Source of the DNA: Bacillota bacterium
GTDB lineage: Bacteria; Bacillota; Negativicutes; Sporomusales; CTSoil-080
Assembly (NCBI GenBank): GCA_017889725.1
Contig: JAGGAE010000015.1
Span: forward strand, 2,753 to 66,752
Length of the DNA stretch: 64,000 nt
Direction of reading: 5' to 3'
This document shows positions 47,938 to 59,274 of the stretch, piece by piece. The translations under genes and the position numbers were made by a program. The first letter of the stretch is position 1; each line of letters begins with the position of its first letter. The notes beneath the pieces were generated by a model. That model saw only the letters and a program-made list of their open reading frames with translations. It was not told the origin of the DNA and made no database searches.

Positions 47938-48669
47938 CTAACCTAAATCTCCATTTTGATACATGAGTATCGCCACTGCTGCCAGCGCTGCCGTTTCGGT
48001 TCTTAAAATCCGTGGACCTAACGTAGCGATATGCGCACTGTGAGATTGGCATAGCTCAACTTCCGCCGGGCTGAAACCACCCTCTGGTCCTATGAGTAAT
48101 AAATAAGAACGGGCCGTCAAATTACTTAAGATTTCTTTAAGCCCCTGCCTGGCATCGCCCTCGTAAAGCATAATAACGGCAGTCTCAGGATCAACCGCAC
48201 TCAATATTTCGTCTAACGTCTGAACCGGAGCAATTACAGACACCCTGTCTCTGCCGCACTGCTTGGCCGCCTCCTGGGCAATCTTTTGCCAGCGTTCCAC
48301 CCGCGTTCTTCTTTTCGTCTCATCATACTGAACTGTGCTAAAACGGGCCACCATGGGAATTATGCCGCAAGCGCCAAGCTCAACAGCTTTCTGTACAATA
48401 TACTCCATCTTATCGGCTTTAGGTAGTCCCTGGGCCAGCCAGACTTCAATAAGCGGCTCATGGCGCTCATTGATTTTCTCCAGCAATGAGGCTTCGACCA
48501 GCGTGGTTTTTACCTGTCGCAATAAAGCCCGGCCCACTTCACCGTCCTTGCCTACCACAAGAATTTCATCTCCCGGTTCCAGACGAAGAACTTGTCCAAT
48601 ATGCTTCGCGTCTGGTCCAGAAATGGTTATATCTTGCTGCAATACATCATCAAGGAAAAAGCGCCGCAC
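47938..48669 (-). CDS. rsmE: 16S rRNA m3U1498 methyltransferase
   Basis: HIGQVLRL, QKAVELG, EAAKQCGR, IGPEGGF, LGPRILRTETA. Confidence 0.95.
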   Translation of the reverse strand: MRRFFLDDVLQQDITISGPDAKHIGQVLRLEPGDEILVVGKDGEVGRALLRQVKTTLVEASLLEKINERHEPLIEVWLAQGLPKADKMEYIVQKAVELGACGIIPMVARFSTVQYDETKRRTRVERWQKIAQEAAKQCGRDRVSVIAPVQTLDEILSAVDPETAVIMLYEGDARQGLKEILSNLTARSYLLLIGPEGGFSPAEVELCQSHSAHIATLGPRILRTETAALAAVAILMYQNGDLG

Positions 48670-48673
48670 TTTA

Positions 48674-49606
48674 CTAGCCTCCCTTGCGGGCCATAATTGT
48701 ACCCCAACCGCCTTCCTCGATAGCCTTTTCCAATACAAGGCCGTTTGCCGACAGTTCCAAAAGTACTTCTCCAACCCGTTCAACTATGATTCCACCGGCA
48801 ATAAAATAACCGCCGTCGGCCAGCCGCTCCGGCACATCCGGCAACATACGAAGAATAATATCGGCTATAATATTGGCCACAATAATATCAGCCTTTCCGC
48901 TAATGCCTGTCAGGATATCTCCCTGATTGACCATCACCTGCGAATCGACCTTATTAAGTACAACATTCTCACGAGCTACCCGAACCGCAACCGAATCATT
49001 GTCCACCGCAACTACTTGACGGGCTCCAAGTTTAGCAGCAGTAACCGCCAAAATCCCTGAGCCGGTTCCGACATCATATACCAGGTCGTCAGGTTTAACA
49101 ATATCTTCCAACATCCGAATGCACATAGAGGTAGTATGATGGCTCCCTGTACCAAAAGCCATCCCAGGGTCAATTTCAATGACCAGCTCCTCGTCCTGCT
49201 TAACATATTCTTTCCAGGTAGGCTTAATTACCACCCGTTCGCCTACTTTGACAGGAAAAAAATATTCCTTCCAGGCTTCCGCCCAATCCTCTTCCTGTAC
49301 CTCTCTCCGTTCTACCCTACCTATCTGTTTTTCTATGTTTTTCTCGAGATCTTTCAGAGCTCCACTAAGCTGCCGAATTTTATCATCAAGACAATCGTCG
49401 ACTGGCAAGTAGGCTTTTATTGTCACAATATCATTTTCAATCTGCTCCGGGATATCGCAATAATCCCAAGCACCTGAACGTCTATATGTATTAATCAGGG
49501 CAGGATCCTCAATCACTACACCAGAAGCTCCCAACTCGTGAAAAATATTGGCCACCGCTTCGGTGGCCTCATTCAGGGTCTGAATACTCAGTTCAGCCCA
49601 TTTCAT
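48674..49606 (-). CDS. prmA: Ribosomal protein L11 methyltransferase
   Basis: DWAEAWK, IDPGMAFGTG, DVGTGSGIL, VANIIAD. Confidence 0.95.
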   Translation of the reverse strand: MKWAELSIQTLNEATEAVANIFHELGASGVVIEDPALINTYRRSGAWDYCDIPEQIENDIVTIKAYLPVDDCLDDKIRQLSGALKDLEKNIEKQIGRVERREVQEEDWAEAWKEYFFPVKVGERVVIKPTWKEYVKQDEELVIEIDPGMAFGTGSHHTTSMCIRMLEDIVKPDDLVYDVGTGSGILAVTAAKLGARQVVAVDNDSVAVRVARENVVLNKVDSQVMVNQGDILTGISGKADIIVANIIADIILRMLPDVPERLADGGYFIAGGIIVERVGEVLLELSANGLVLEKAIEEGGWGTIMARKGG

Positions 49607-49627
49607 CCACAATCGCCTCCTGTTATG

Positions 49628-50776
49628 CTATTGCATTCCCAGGGCGTCTTTCATTTTTTTGAAAAACCCCTTTTCCTCGGGATTAATATCTACCCCGCCG
49701 GCTTTTGCGAATTCTAGCAAAAGTTCTCGCTGACGTTCCGAAAGCTTTTTGGGAGTTACCACTTTCACCCTGACGTGCTGATCTCCCCGACCTTGCCCTC
49801 GAAGATGCTGAATTCCTTTATCTTTTAGTCTGAAGGCGGTACCCGACTGTGTTCCCTCGGGAATGCGGAGGCTGACTTTCCCCTCCAGTGTAGGCACTTC
49901 AATTTCATCGCCGATGGTCGCCTGTACAATACTTATAGGAACTTCACAAATGACGTCGTCCCCTTCACGTGTAAACAGTTTATGCGCTTTTACAAAAATA
50001 TAAACATACAAGTCCCCCGGCATTCCGCCGCGAGTTCCGGCTTCCCCTTCATTGGCCACTCTTAAACGAGCACCGGTATCCACCCCGGCCGGAATTTTAA
50101 CCTTGATTCTCCGGCGGTTACGCACTTTGCCTTTTCCGTGGCACTCTTTGCAAGGGGTATGAACAATTTTTCCTTCCCCCCGGCAGCGGTCACAAGTAGT
50201 AACCGTAGCCATACGCCCCAACGGAGTGTTACGAACCACCTGTGTCTGTCCGGTACCACGGCACTGCGGGCATACTTCAGGCTGAGTACCAGGTGCGGCC
50301 CCCGAACCATTACAGGCAGAACACTCTTCCGTGCGCGGTACGGTGATTTCAGTTTCCAGACCAAAGGCGGCCTGATCAAAAGTCATTTCCAAATCATAAC
50401 GAAGGTCATCGCCGCGTTCCGGGCCTGCTGGACGTCCACCGCCAAAGCCGGATTGACCGAAAAACATGTCGAAGATATCATGGATGCCACCGCCGCCGCC
50501 GCCAAAGCCGCCGAAACCACCAAAGCCGCCCTGTCCGCCGCCCTGTCCGCCATCAAACGCAGCATGACCAAACTGGTCATATTGCTGTCTGCGCTCCTGA
50601 TTAGACAGCACCTCATAGGCCTCATTTACTTCCTTGAATTTTTCCTCGGCTTCTGCGTTGTCGCGATTTACGTCCGGATGGTATTTACGCGCCATTTTAC
50701 GGAACGCTTTTTTCAACTCATCCTCAGATGCTGTTTTCGGAACGCCAAGTACTTCATAATAGTCTTTTTTACTCAC
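49628..50776 (-). CDS. dnaJ: Chaperone DnaJ
   Basis: [14 protein letters not shown] region, four CxxCxGxG; true start GTG 50776. Confidence 0.97.
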   Translation of the reverse strand: MSKKDYYEVLGVPKTASEDELKKAFRKMARKYHPDVNRDNAEAEEKFKEVNEAYEVLSNQERRQQYDQFGHAAFDGGQGGGQGGFGGFGGFGGGGGGIHDIFDMFFGQSGFGGGRPAGPERGDDLRYDLEMTFDQAAFGLETEITVPRTEECSACNGSGAAPGTQPEVCPQCRGTGQTQVVRNTPLGRMATVTTCDRCRGEGKIVHTPCKECHGKGKVRNRRRIKVKIPAGVDTGARLRVANEGEAGTRGGMPGDLYVYIFVKAHKLFTREGDDVICEVPISIVQATIGDEIEVPTLEGKVSLRIPEGTQSGTAFRLKDKGIQHLRGQGRGDQHVRVKVVTPKKLSERQRELLLEFAKAGGVDINPEEKGFFKKMKDALGMQ

Positions 50777-50817
50777 GTTACACCACCAAACTATCCAATT
50801 GGCAAACAAGAGCCAGT

Positions 50818-50869
50818 GCCGATCGATATAAGGTGCCTGCCAACAGGCAGGCACCTTATATCGATCGGC
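50818..50869. repeat. Perfect 24-bp inverted repeat in the dnaK-dnaJ spacer
   Basis: GCCGATCGATATAAGGTGCCTGCC-aaca-GGCAGGCACCTTATATCGATCGGC. Confidence 0.95.
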
Positions 50870-50911
50870 GCCCAGCACTATTTATGTTTTGCCAACCGGT
50901 ATTCTATGTTG

Positions 50912-52744
50912 TTATTTCTTTTCGTCGTCAACAACTTTGTAGTCCGCGTCTACTACCGTATCATCCTTGGCAGCTCCTGCATCAGCACCTGGTGCTGCTT
51001 CCCCTTGCGCTCCAGCCTGGTTGTACATAGCCGAAGTTAATTCATATAACGGCTTAGTCAATTCTTCCGTTGCGGCCTTAATCTTTTCCAAATCCGTTCC
51101 GGTTATAGTTTCTTTTAATGCAGCGATGGCCTTCTCGACTTTTTCCACCAAGCCCTTGTCAGCCTTGTCGCCCATATCTTTAACGGTTTTTTCTGCCTGA
51201 TAGATGAGAGAATCCGCATTGTTACGAATTTCGACCTCATCCCGCCGCTTTTTATCTTCGGCGGCATGAGCCTCCGCTTCTTTCACCATGCGTTCCACTT
51301 CTTCTTTCGGCAAACCGCCGGAAGAAGTAATGGCGATTTTCTGTTCTTTACCGGTTCCCAAATCCTTCGCGCCTACATGGAAAATACCATTGGCGTCAAT
51401 ATCGAAAGTAACCTCGATTCTAGGTACTCCGCGCGGTGCTGGAGGAATACCGGAAAGTTCAAATCGGCCAAGAGTTTTATTGTATGTCGCCATTTCACGT
51501 TCACCCTGAAGCACGTGAATATCAACCGAAGGCTGATTGTCAGCTGCAGTAGAAAATACTTGGCTCTTTGAAGTAGGAATCGTGGTATTACGCTCAATAA
51601 TCTTGGTAAATACCCCGCCAAGAGTTTCAATCCCCAGAGATAACGGCGTAACATCAAGAAGCAGTACATCCTTCACTTCGCCGACAAGAACACCGGCTTG
51701 GATAGCCGCGCCGACAGCAACGCATTCATCAGGATTAACCCCTTTGTGAGGATCTTTCCCAAGAAACTTCTTAATTGCTTCCTGTACTGCCGGAATGCGG
51801 GTAGACCCGCCCACAAGAATAACCTTATCAATATCTTTCACATTCAGACCGGAATCATTCAGTGCTTGACGGGTCGGTCCCATGGTTGCTTCCACAAGGT
51901 CAGCCGTCAACTCTTCAAATTTCGCCCTGGTTAAGTTGATGTCCAGATGCTTAGGACCTGTTTGGTCAGCCGTAATAAACGGCAAATTGATATTAGTAGT
52001 CAGCACGCCTGAAAGTTCGATTTTTGCTTTTTCCGCCGCTTCCATCAGACGCTGCATAGCCATACGATCGGAAGAAAGGTCGACACCCGAGGTTTTCTTG
52101 AACTCGGCAACCAGCCATTTCATAACTTTTTCGTCAAAGTCGTCTCCGCCCAAACGGTTATTACCGCTGGTTGCTTTTACTTCGAAGACACCGTCGCCCA
52201 GTTCAAGGATGGATACGTCAAAAGTACCGCCACCCAAGTCAAATACCAAAATGGTATGATCCTCGCCTTTATCCATACCATAAGCCAGTGCTGCCGCCGT
52301 AGGTTCGTTGATAATACGGAGCACTTCCAGTCCGGCAATGGCACCGGCGTCTTTGGTTGCCTGCCGCTGACTGTCTGAAAAATAAGCCGGAACAGTAATA
52401 ACAGCTTGCGTTACCTTTTCGCCAAGATACGCTTCTGCGTCAGTTTTCATTTTTTGCAGAATCATAGCCGAAATTTCTTGCGGCGAATAGTCTTTATCAC
52501 CAACACGAACTTTATAGTCGGTTCCCATATGGCGTTTAATAGAACTAATAGTCCCGTCCGGATTGGACACTGCCTGACGTTTCGCAAGTTGCCCTACCAA
52601 ACGTTCACCATTCTTTGAAAATCCAACAACGGAAGGTGTTAACCGGCTGCCTTCGGCGGTCGGAATAACCACCGGTTCGCCGCCTTCCATAAACGCTACA
52701 ACTGAGTTAGTTGTACCTAAGTCTATCCCAATTACTTTTGCCAT
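50912..52744 (-). CDS. dnaK: Chaperone DnaK
   Basis: [28 protein letters not shown]. Confidence 0.98.
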   Translation of the reverse strand: MAKVIGIDLGTTNSVVAFMEGGEPVVIPTAEGSRLTPSVVGFSKNGERLVGQLAKRQAVSNPDGTISSIKRHMGTDYKVRVGDKDYSPQEISAMILQKMKTDAEAYLGEKVTQAVITVPAYFSDSQRQATKDAGAIAGLEVLRIINEPTAAALAYGMDKGEDHTILVFDLGGGTFDVSILELGDGVFEVKATSGNNRLGGDDFDEKVMKWLVAEFKKTSGVDLSSDRMAMQRLMEAAEKAKIELSGVLTTNINLPFITADQTGPKHLDINLTRAKFEELTADLVEATMGPTRQALNDSGLNVKDIDKVILVGGSTRIPAVQEAIKKFLGKDPHKGVNPDECVAVGAAIQAGVLVGEVKDVLLLDVTPLSLGIETLGGVFTKIIERNTTIPTSKSQVFSTAADNQPSVDIHVLQGEREMATYNKTLGRFELSGIPPAPRGVPRIEVTFDIDANGIFHVGAKDLGTGKEQKIAITSSGGLPKEEVERMVKEAEAHAAEDKKRRDEVEIRNNADSLIYQAEKTVKDMGDKADKGLVEKVEKAIAALKETITGTDLEKIKAATEELTKPLYELTSAMYNQAGAQGEAAPGADAGAAKDDTVVDADYKVVDDEKK

Positions 52745-52783
52745 ACTACTTTCCTCCTAAGCAAAATATCTTTTCTAATACTT

Positions 52784-53347
52784 TTAACTGTTGCAAACAA
52801 CCTTAACCATGCTGGCTCTAAGTACTTTGTTATGAGCCATATAGCCTTTTTGCAATTCCTCCACGATGATTCCCTCCGGCTGGCTAGGGTCTTCTACCCG
52901 CATAACCGCTTCGTGCTGCGCAGGATCCAGCATAACGCCTACTGCCTCAATCGGTTTAAGGCCGAAGCCTTCCAAAATCTGCACGAGTTGACGATACACC
53001 ATATCCACGCCAGTCAAAAGCTGCCCTGCATTTTGAGTTGCCCCGGTGGAAAACGCCCGTTCGAAATTATCTAAAACCGGGAGAAGCTGATTGATAACTC
53101 CATTAGCCACAATTTGAGACAATTCTTCTTTCTCCTGGCGGGTGCGTCTGCGGAAATTATCAAAATCAGCCTGCAGCCGCAGGATACGGACATTCAGTTC
53201 TTCTAACTCCCGATTCTTTGCTTCCAGATTCTCAAGCACTTCATTCATTTCGTCCCGACTGAAGCAAATTTCCGCCTCAGCCTGAGCCGTGTTTTCCTGG
53301 CTTTGTACTTCTTCCTCAATAATATCTTCAGTATTCTTTTCAGCCAT
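52784..53347 (-). CDS. grpE: Nucleotide exchange factor GrpE
   Basis: LRLQADFDNFRRR, LLPVLDNFERA, HEAV, QKGY..LRASMVKV. Confidence 0.96.
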   Translation of the reverse strand: MAEKNTEDIIEEEVQSQENTAQAEAEICFSRDEMNEVLENLEAKNRELEELNVRILRLQADFDNFRRRTRQEKEELSQIVANGVINQLLPVLDNFERAFSTGATQNAGQLLTGVDMVYRQLVQILEGFGLKPIEAVGVMLDPAQHEAVMRVEDPSQPEGIIVEELQKGYMAHNKVLRASMVKVVCNS

Positions 53348-53363
53348 TTATATACTTCACCTC

Positions 53364-54953
53364 CTAAAAGTCCGGCATTGCCGCCGTATTAGCGGCTCCG
53401 GCAGGCTGATTTGCGCCCGCCCCTTCTTCTTTTTTCTTAATGATGGTATCAATACGAAGTATGGCTACCGCCACTTCTCCGGCGGCTTTTACCGCATGCA
53501 TTTTAACCGTAACAGGGTCGACAACACCCAAATCCAGCATGTCGGCTACCTCACCGTTATCACAGTCGACCCCTAGTGAATCCATGTCTTTGTCTCCTTG
53601 CTCGGCCATAACTTCCTCCACCTTTTCCAGCGGATTAAAGCCGGCATTTTCAACAATCTGAGCCAAAGGATGTTTAAGCGCACTAGCCACACAGTCCACA
53701 CCGTAAGCCGCCATACCCTTAACATGTTCTCTGGCCTTAGCTAGAGCACGTGCCACGGCGATTTCAACAGATCCACCTCCCGGAACATAGCCGCCTTTTG
53801 CTGCAGCTTGAACACTGGAAGCCGCGTCTTTGGCAATACGCTCCCTTTCTCCTACCACTTCCTGAGTAGCAGCACCCACTAAAATAGTAGCCATAGGTTT
53901 GCCCTTGCCGCCAACAATGCGTACTTGCTCCAGTTTCTCGTCCTCGTATACCTTTTCTGCATAGCCCAGGTATTTTTCCAGATCCGTCATTTCTTTTTTC
54001 AGGCCGGTCCTTTTAATAACTCTGGCACCTGTATGTTCTGCCGCCCGGCGCATATCCTTCATAGCAACACGCTGAACGACCATGATTCCAGCGTCAGTAA
54101 GTGCTTCTTCTGCTGATTCATGCACGCCGCGGTCAACCAAAACCACATTGATCCCCAAGTCAATGATTTTCTTAACATTGCTTTTAAACTCACTTTGCAA
54201 ATCAATATACCGGTTAAAACCCGCATCTGTACGGAGCGCCTCATCCTCAACTTCTTCCGGTTCAAGCGCATCATCCACTAACAGCAGTTTAACATCCTTC
54301 GCCTCTTGGGGCATATCTTTCGTCATCCGCTCTTTGTCAACAATAACGCCAAGAAAGACCTCGTTTTCCGCCCCTTCTTCCGCAGTAATTATATCGGAAA
54401 GCTTGAAGTTCGCCTCATTTAACTTTTCCATCCCTACCAGCCGGGCAGCAGCGACAACCAACTGCGCAATATCGCTATGTTCGCGTCCGGCAATCGTCGC
54501 TATCTTTTCAAGTACAGGGTCTTCCATATCTCGAACCTGACGACCACGTTTTTTGACTTCTTCCAGCGCGCAATTAATGCCGTATTTTATCCCTTCAATC
54601 ACTCTGGCTACCGGCACACCCCTCGTTACCTGGGTAACACCTTCTCCCACCAGGCCGCCTGCCATAATGGTAGCTGTCGTAGTGCCATCACCGACCTCCG
54701 ACTGCTGCGCTTTTGCAATATTAATCAACATTTTAGCGGCCGGATGATTTACATCCATCTTGTCTAAAATGGTCACTCCATCATTCGTAATAATCACTTC
54801 GCCAAATCTATCTACCAGCATGGTATCAAGGCCTTTAGGTCCTATCGTGCCCTCAACCGCCGCCGTAATTGCCCTAACGGCATTGGCATTGGTCAATAGC
54901 GCGGCAAGGCGCTCATCCACTTCGGCGCCGCTTCCCGCCTGTTTTAAATTCAT
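53364..54953 (-). CDS. Thermosome-like (group III) chaperonin
   Basis: GTIGPKGLDTML, ITNDGVTIL, HPAAKML, VGDGTTTA, VPGGG, GVVDP..VK, ILRIDTII; no GGM tail and no groES nearby. Confidence 0.9.
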   Translation of the reverse strand: MNLKQAGSGAEVDERLAALLTNANAVRAITAAVEGTIGPKGLDTMLVDRFGEVIITNDGVTILDKMDVNHPAAKMLINIAKAQQSEVGDGTTTATIMAGGLVGEGVTQVTRGVPVARVIEGIKYGINCALEEVKKRGRQVRDMEDPVLEKIATIAGREHSDIAQLVVAAARLVGMEKLNEANFKLSDIITAEEGAENEVFLGVIVDKERMTKDMPQEAKDVKLLLVDDALEPEEVEDEALRTDAGFNRYIDLQSEFKSNVKKIIDLGINVVLVDRGVHESAEEALTDAGIMVVQRVAMKDMRRAAEHTGARVIKRTGLKKEMTDLEKYLGYAEKVYEDEKLEQVRIVGGKGKPMATILVGAATQEVVGERERIAKDAASSVQAAAKGGYVPGGGSVEIAVARALAKAREHVKGMAAYGVDCVASALKHPLAQIVENAGFNPLEKVEEVMAEQGDKDMDSLGVDCDNGEVADMLDLGVVDPVTVKMHAVKAAGEVAVAILRIDTIIKKKEEGAGANQPAGAANTAAMPDF

Positions 54954-55048
54954 GCGGTTTCCTCCAATATAATATTATTACCGGATATATCCTATGTATA
55001 ATATAGCGGGCGCAAGGCAGACCCCTTGAAGGTCTGCCAGCCCCTCTG

Positions 55049-56077
55049 CTAAAGCTTATATTTCTTAAGCATCTCACCAAGATGCCGGTTCATAAATTCC
55101 ATTACCGTGATAATTTTGCCATATTCCATACGCGTGGGTCCCAATACCGCCATAGTACCGATTACTTGCCCCTCAATCCGGTAAGTCGCCTGCACCATAC
55201 TGCAGTCTTTTATGCCGCTGTACTTGTTTTCCTGACCAATGGTAACTACTACACCATCACTATCCTGCATGTGAAGAATATCGCATAACAATTGCTCCTC
55301 TTCCAGCATAGACAACAGTCCCTTAATCTTTTCCACCTCTCGAAATTCCGGCTGGTTTAAAAGCTGCGTCGTTCCGCCTAAATATACCTTTTCCCCGCCT
55401 TCTGCCGCTAAGGCCTGTCGCAAAACCGCCAAAGCGGATTCGAAAAGAACCGGATTAGCCATAATATCTTTTTTGGCTTCTTTTAAAAGGGAATTTTTTA
55501 TTTGGTCGAACAATAACCCGGCTAATCGGTTATTCAAACCATTTGCAATTTCCTGCAAATCTTCCAGCGAAGTATCGGTCGGAATATCGATGACTTTATT
55601 ATCGATAACTCCATTATCCGTGACTACCACGAGAATGGCCCGCCGTTCATCGAGCGGAAGAAACTGAGCATACTTAAAGCGTGAATTTGTTGGCGACGGC
55701 GCCACCATCAAAGACACATTGCGCGTCATTCTGGCTACAACTTTCACCGTTTCCTGGAACACTTGCTCTATGTTTCGGACTTTGGTTTCATACCAATTGG
55801 TGATAAGTGCAATATCATGATCGGAAATTTTCTGCGGCTGCATCAAACAATCAACATAAAAACGATAGCCTCTGGGCGACGGCACTCTCCCCGCCGACGT
55901 ATGCGGTTGTTCCAAATACCCCAGCGCCTCCAAATCTGACATTTCATTACGGATGGTTGCCGGGCTCAGTCCCATATCATATTTTCTGGATATGGAGCGT
56001 GATCCTATCGGTTCTGCTGTAGTAATATAATCATCAACGATAGCCTGGAGAATTTTTTGTTTGCGTTCATCCAGCAT
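55049..56077 (-). CDS. hrcA: Heat-inducible repressor HrcA
   Basis: SPATIRNEMSDLE, QPHTSAGRVPS, LGPTRMEY. Confidence 0.97.
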   Translation of the reverse strand: MLDERKQKILQAIVDDYITTAEPIGSRSISRKYDMGLSPATIRNEMSDLEALGYLEQPHTSAGRVPSPRGYRFYVDCLMQPQKISDHDIALITNWYETKVRNIEQVFQETVKVVARMTRNVSLMVAPSPTNSRFKYAQFLPLDERRAILVVVTDNGVIDNKVIDIPTDTSLEDLQEIANGLNNRLAGLLFDQIKNSLLKEAKKDIMANPVLFESALAVLRQALAAEGGEKVYLGGTTQLLNQPEFREVEKIKGLLSMLEEEQLLCDILHMQDSDGVVVTIGQENKYSGIKDCSMVQATYRIEGQVIGTMAVLGPTRMEYGKIITVMEFMNRHLGEMLKKYKL

Positions 56078-56095
56078 CGGCCTTCCTCCTTGTTG

Positions 56096-56122
56096 TTAGC
56101 ACTCTATCTGATAGAGTGCTAA
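56096..56122. promoter_or_regulatory. CIRCE operator
   Basis: TTAGCACTC-N9-GAGTGCTAA, perfect. Confidence 0.97.
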
Positions 56123-56133
56123 CATCTAATAAA

Positions 56134-56162
56134 AAAATACCACCCGCACGAGCGAATGTCAA
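56134..56162 (-). promoter_or_regulatory. sigmaA promoter of the hrcA operon
   Basis: TTGACA-17-TATTTT with TG extension, just upstream of CIRCE. Confidence 0.75.
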
Positions 56163-56243
56163 GATGTTTAGTGCTATTTCTCATTATTTGCACCTATAAA
56201 AAAAGGGCTTATATAGCCCCAATAACCGACTCCAAACCCGCCT

Positions 56244-57383
56244 TTACTCCGGTAAAAATGCAGCAAAAACAACATTCCCGTATTTCATACCTCTATCCGT
56301 GAGCCGTATCCCTTTCGTATCAGCAATCACTGCACCTTTCGCCGTCATAGTTTCCACCACCGGTCCGTAGTGCGACAAAAAATCGGTTCCAAAGCAATGA
56401 TTAAAGTCCTGATACCTAAGACCAGCTTTAGTTCTTAGCGCCAAAAACGCAAATTCTGCCATAGCCTGCCCCTCACTTACCCGCTCCTCCTCAACAACCG
56501 GCAAAACTTCCTGTTCCGTTAGTTTAAGGTACTGTGCCAGACTTCTGGTGTTAGCAGCCCGCCGGTTGTGCATAAAAGAATGCGCCGCCACACCCAACCC
56601 CAGATAGGGCTGATAGCGCCAATATTTTAAATTATGGCGACTCTCATAGCCAGGAAGAGCATAATTAGATATTTCATACCTCTCGAACCCGCGTTGAGGC
56701 AAAATCCTCACCGCATCCTGGTACATCGCGTCCTCCTCCTCTTCCTCTGGCAACACCAGCCGGCCCTCTGCAGCCATTTTCCCGAAAGGGGTATTATCCT
56801 CCACCTTCAGTCCATATACGGACAAATGACGAACCGGAAGTTTGAGAGCCTCGTTCAGACCCGACCTGAAACTTGCCGCCGATTGTTTAGGCAGACCATA
56901 CATAAGATCCAGACTAACATTATCAAACCCGCTTGCGTTCGCCTGCCAAACCGCACTTTTTGCCCCCTCAGCCGAATGAATACGCCCTGCCGCTTTCAGA
57001 ACCTCATCTGTAAAACTTTGCACCCCAAAACTAATTCGATTGACGCCACTCATCCGCAAGGCCGAAAGCTTTTCTCCATCCACAGTATCGGGGTTGGCTT
57101 CCACCGTGATTTCGACATCGGCTTCTATTGAAGTATAGTCGCTAAGTCTTGCAAGTATTTTCCCCAAAGCCTCTGCCTGTAAAACAGTCGGCGTCCCGCC
57201 ACCAAAGTATACCGAATCCACCGTGTACCCTGACAAAACACCGCCCCTTCCGGTAATTTCCCGGCTGAGGGCGGTGATATAGCTTTCCTGGTAACGTTCA
57301 ATTTCATCGGCACTGGACGAAAAGTCACAGTATAAACATTTCCGGCGGCAAAAAGGGATGTGGATATACACACCCAGCTTCAT
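56244..57383 (-). CDS. hemW: Radical SAM haem chaperone HemW (HemN-like)
   Basis: YIHIPFCRRKCLYCDF, FGGGTP, YEISNYA..HNLKYW; between lepA and hrcA. Confidence 0.9.
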   Translation of the reverse strand: MKLGVYIHIPFCRRKCLYCDFSSSADEIERYQESYITALSREITGRGGVLSGYTVDSVYFGGGTPTVLQAEALGKILARLSDYTSIEADVEITVEANPDTVDGEKLSALRMSGVNRISFGVQSFTDEVLKAAGRIHSAEGAKSAVWQANASGFDNVSLDLMYGLPKQSAASFRSGLNEALKLPVRHLSVYGLKVEDNTPFGKMAAEGRLVLPEEEEEDAMYQDAVRILPQRGFERYEISNYALPGYESRHNLKYWRYQPYLGLGVAAHSFMHNRRAANTRSLAQYLKLTEQEVLPVVEEERVSEGQAMAEFAFLALRTKAGLRYQDFNHCFGTDFLSHYGPVVETMTAKGAVIADTKGIRLTDRGMKYGNVVFAAFLPE

Positions 57384-57394
57384 ACTAACCTCCA

Positions 57395-59191
57395 TTAATC
57401 CATTTTCAAAATGGCCATGAACGCTTCCTGCGGCACTTCAACATTCCCTACTTGCTTCATGCGTTTTTTGCCTTCTTTCTGCTTTTCCAGCAGTTTACGC
57501 TTTCGGGTAATATCTCCGCCGTAGCATTTTGCTAGTACGTCCTTCCGCATAGCTCGAACCGTTTCCCTGGCAATTACCTTGTTGCCAATGGCAGCCTGAA
57601 TGGGGATTTCAAACATTTGCCGTGGGATTATTCCCCGCAGTTTCTCTGCTAACAACCGGCCACGGTATTGCGCCCTGTCCTGGTGGACAATAACACTCAA
57701 TGCATCTACCGGCGCACCGTTAAGCAGTATGTCCAACTTCACCAGCTGAGATGTTTTATAGCCAATTAACTCATAGTCCAAAGACGCATAGCCTCGCGTC
57801 GACGACTTCAACCGGTCAAAATAATCATATATAATTTCACTGAGCGGCAGATGATAAGTCAGCATAACCCTTGTAGTATCGAGATACTTCATATCCTGAT
57901 ACTCACCACGTTTTTCTTGAGAAAGCTCCATCACACTGCCTACAAACTCATTAGGGACAATGATAGTTGCCTTAACGTACGGTTCCTCAATGTGCTCTAT
58001 TTCCTGCGGTGTCGGCAGGTGGGAAGGATTATCAATCCTAAGTACTTCCCCATCCGTTTTATGCACCATATAAATAACGTTAGGTGCGGTGGTTATAAGC
58101 GCTAAATTATATTCCCGTTCCAAGCGCTCCTGAATCACGTCCATGTGCAGAAGGCCAAGGAACCCGCATCGAAATCCAAAGCCTAACGCCACTGAGGTTT
58201 CCGGTTCGAAAACCAGCGATGCGTCATTAAGCTGGAGCTTTTCCAAAGCATCTCTCAGCGTATCGTATTCACTGCTTTCAACCGGATACAGACCGCAGTA
58301 TACCATCGGGGTAACCTTCCGGTACCCGGGCAAAGGTTCGGTTACCGACGATTCGCCATCCGTAACCGTATCACCGACGCGAGTGTCTTTGACATTTTTA
58401 ATGCTGGCTGCAAAAAAACCAACCTGGCCAGGTCTAAGCTCATCCACAGTGGCGAGATAGGGACGAAAAACGCCTGCCTCATTAACTTCAAACCGTTTAT
58501 CGGTAGCCATCATTTTAATTTTCATTCCTGGCTTTATGACACCATCCATAACCCTGACATACACAATAACGCCTTTATAAGGGTCAAAATGCGAATCAAA
58601 AATCAGCGCCCTTAAAGGAGCATTTGCATCACCCTTTGGAGCCGGAACTTTCCGTACAATGGCTTCTAGTATCTCTTCCACGCCAATACCCGTTTTCGCA
58701 CTTGCCAGTACGGCATCGGAAGTGTCCAAACCGATAACATCCTCAATTTCCTGCTTAACCCGCTCAGGATCGGCACTGGGAAGATCGATTTTGTTTATTA
58801 CCGGAATAATTTCCAAATCATGTTCCAAGGCCAGATAGACATTCGCCAATGTTTGCGCTTCTATCCCCTGCGCGGCGTCAACAACCAGTAAAGCGCCTTC
58901 ACAGGCTGCGAGACTACGGGATACTTCATAAGTGAAATCCACATGTCCGGGAGTATCAATGAGATTAAGCATATACATTTGGCCATCCTTGGCCTTATAA
59001 TCCAAACGCACCGATTGGGCCTTAATCGTAATGCCCCGTTCCCGTTCCAGTTCCATTTGATCTAAAACCTGATCTTCCATTTCCCTGGAACTGAGAGTAC
59101 CGGTGTACTCGAGCAGCCGGTCCGCTAGTGTCGATTTTCCATGGTCAATATGGGCAATAATTGAGAAATTACGTATATTTGCGGTATTCAT
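57395..59191 (-). CDS. lepA: Elongation factor 4
   Basis: [42 protein letters not shown]. Confidence 0.98.
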   Translation of the reverse strand: MNTANIRNFSIIAHIDHGKSTLADRLLEYTGTLSSREMEDQVLDQMELERERGITIKAQSVRLDYKAKDGQMYMLNLIDTPGHVDFTYEVSRSLAACEGALLVVDAAQGIEAQTLANVYLALEHDLEIIPVINKIDLPSADPERVKQEIEDVIGLDTSDAVLASAKTGIGVEEILEAIVRKVPAPKGDANAPLRALIFDSHFDPYKGVIVYVRVMDGVIKPGMKIKMMATDKRFEVNEAGVFRPYLATVDELRPGQVGFFAASIKNVKDTRVGDTVTDGESSVTEPLPGYRKVTPMVYCGLYPVESSEYDTLRDALEKLQLNDASLVFEPETSVALGFGFRCGFLGLLHMDVIQERLEREYNLALITTAPNVIYMVHKTDGEVLRIDNPSHLPTPQEIEHIEEPYVKATIIVPNEFVGSVMELSQEKRGEYQDMKYLDTTRVMLTYHLPLSEIIYDYFDRLKSSTRGYASLDYELIGYKTSQLVKLDILLNGAPVDALSVIVHQDRAQYRGRLLAEKLRGIIPRQMFEIPIQAAIGNKVIARETVRAMRKDVLAKCYGGDITRKRKLLEKQKEGKKRMKQVGNVEVPQEAFMAILKMD

Positions 59192-59274
59192 TAGGCGACT
59201 TCCTCTCACTTGGGCAAAATCACTTGTTCAATTATTATAGCATTTGCGATCAGTTCCCCGCAACCATTTCCCTT

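Noticed and set aside
50777-50878. 34-aa N-terminal extension of DnaJ in the ORF track
   Set aside because: It is the translation of the intergenic palindrome; GTG at 50776 has its own GGTGGTG RBS
50138-51040. 300-aa plus-strand ORF and other long antisense ORFs (48335-49060, 60923-61648, 54082-54540, 18919-19449)
   Set aside because: Shadow frames opposite well-conserved genes (dnaJ/dnaK, prmA/rsmE, gpr, chaperonin, GT2), with no recognisable motifs
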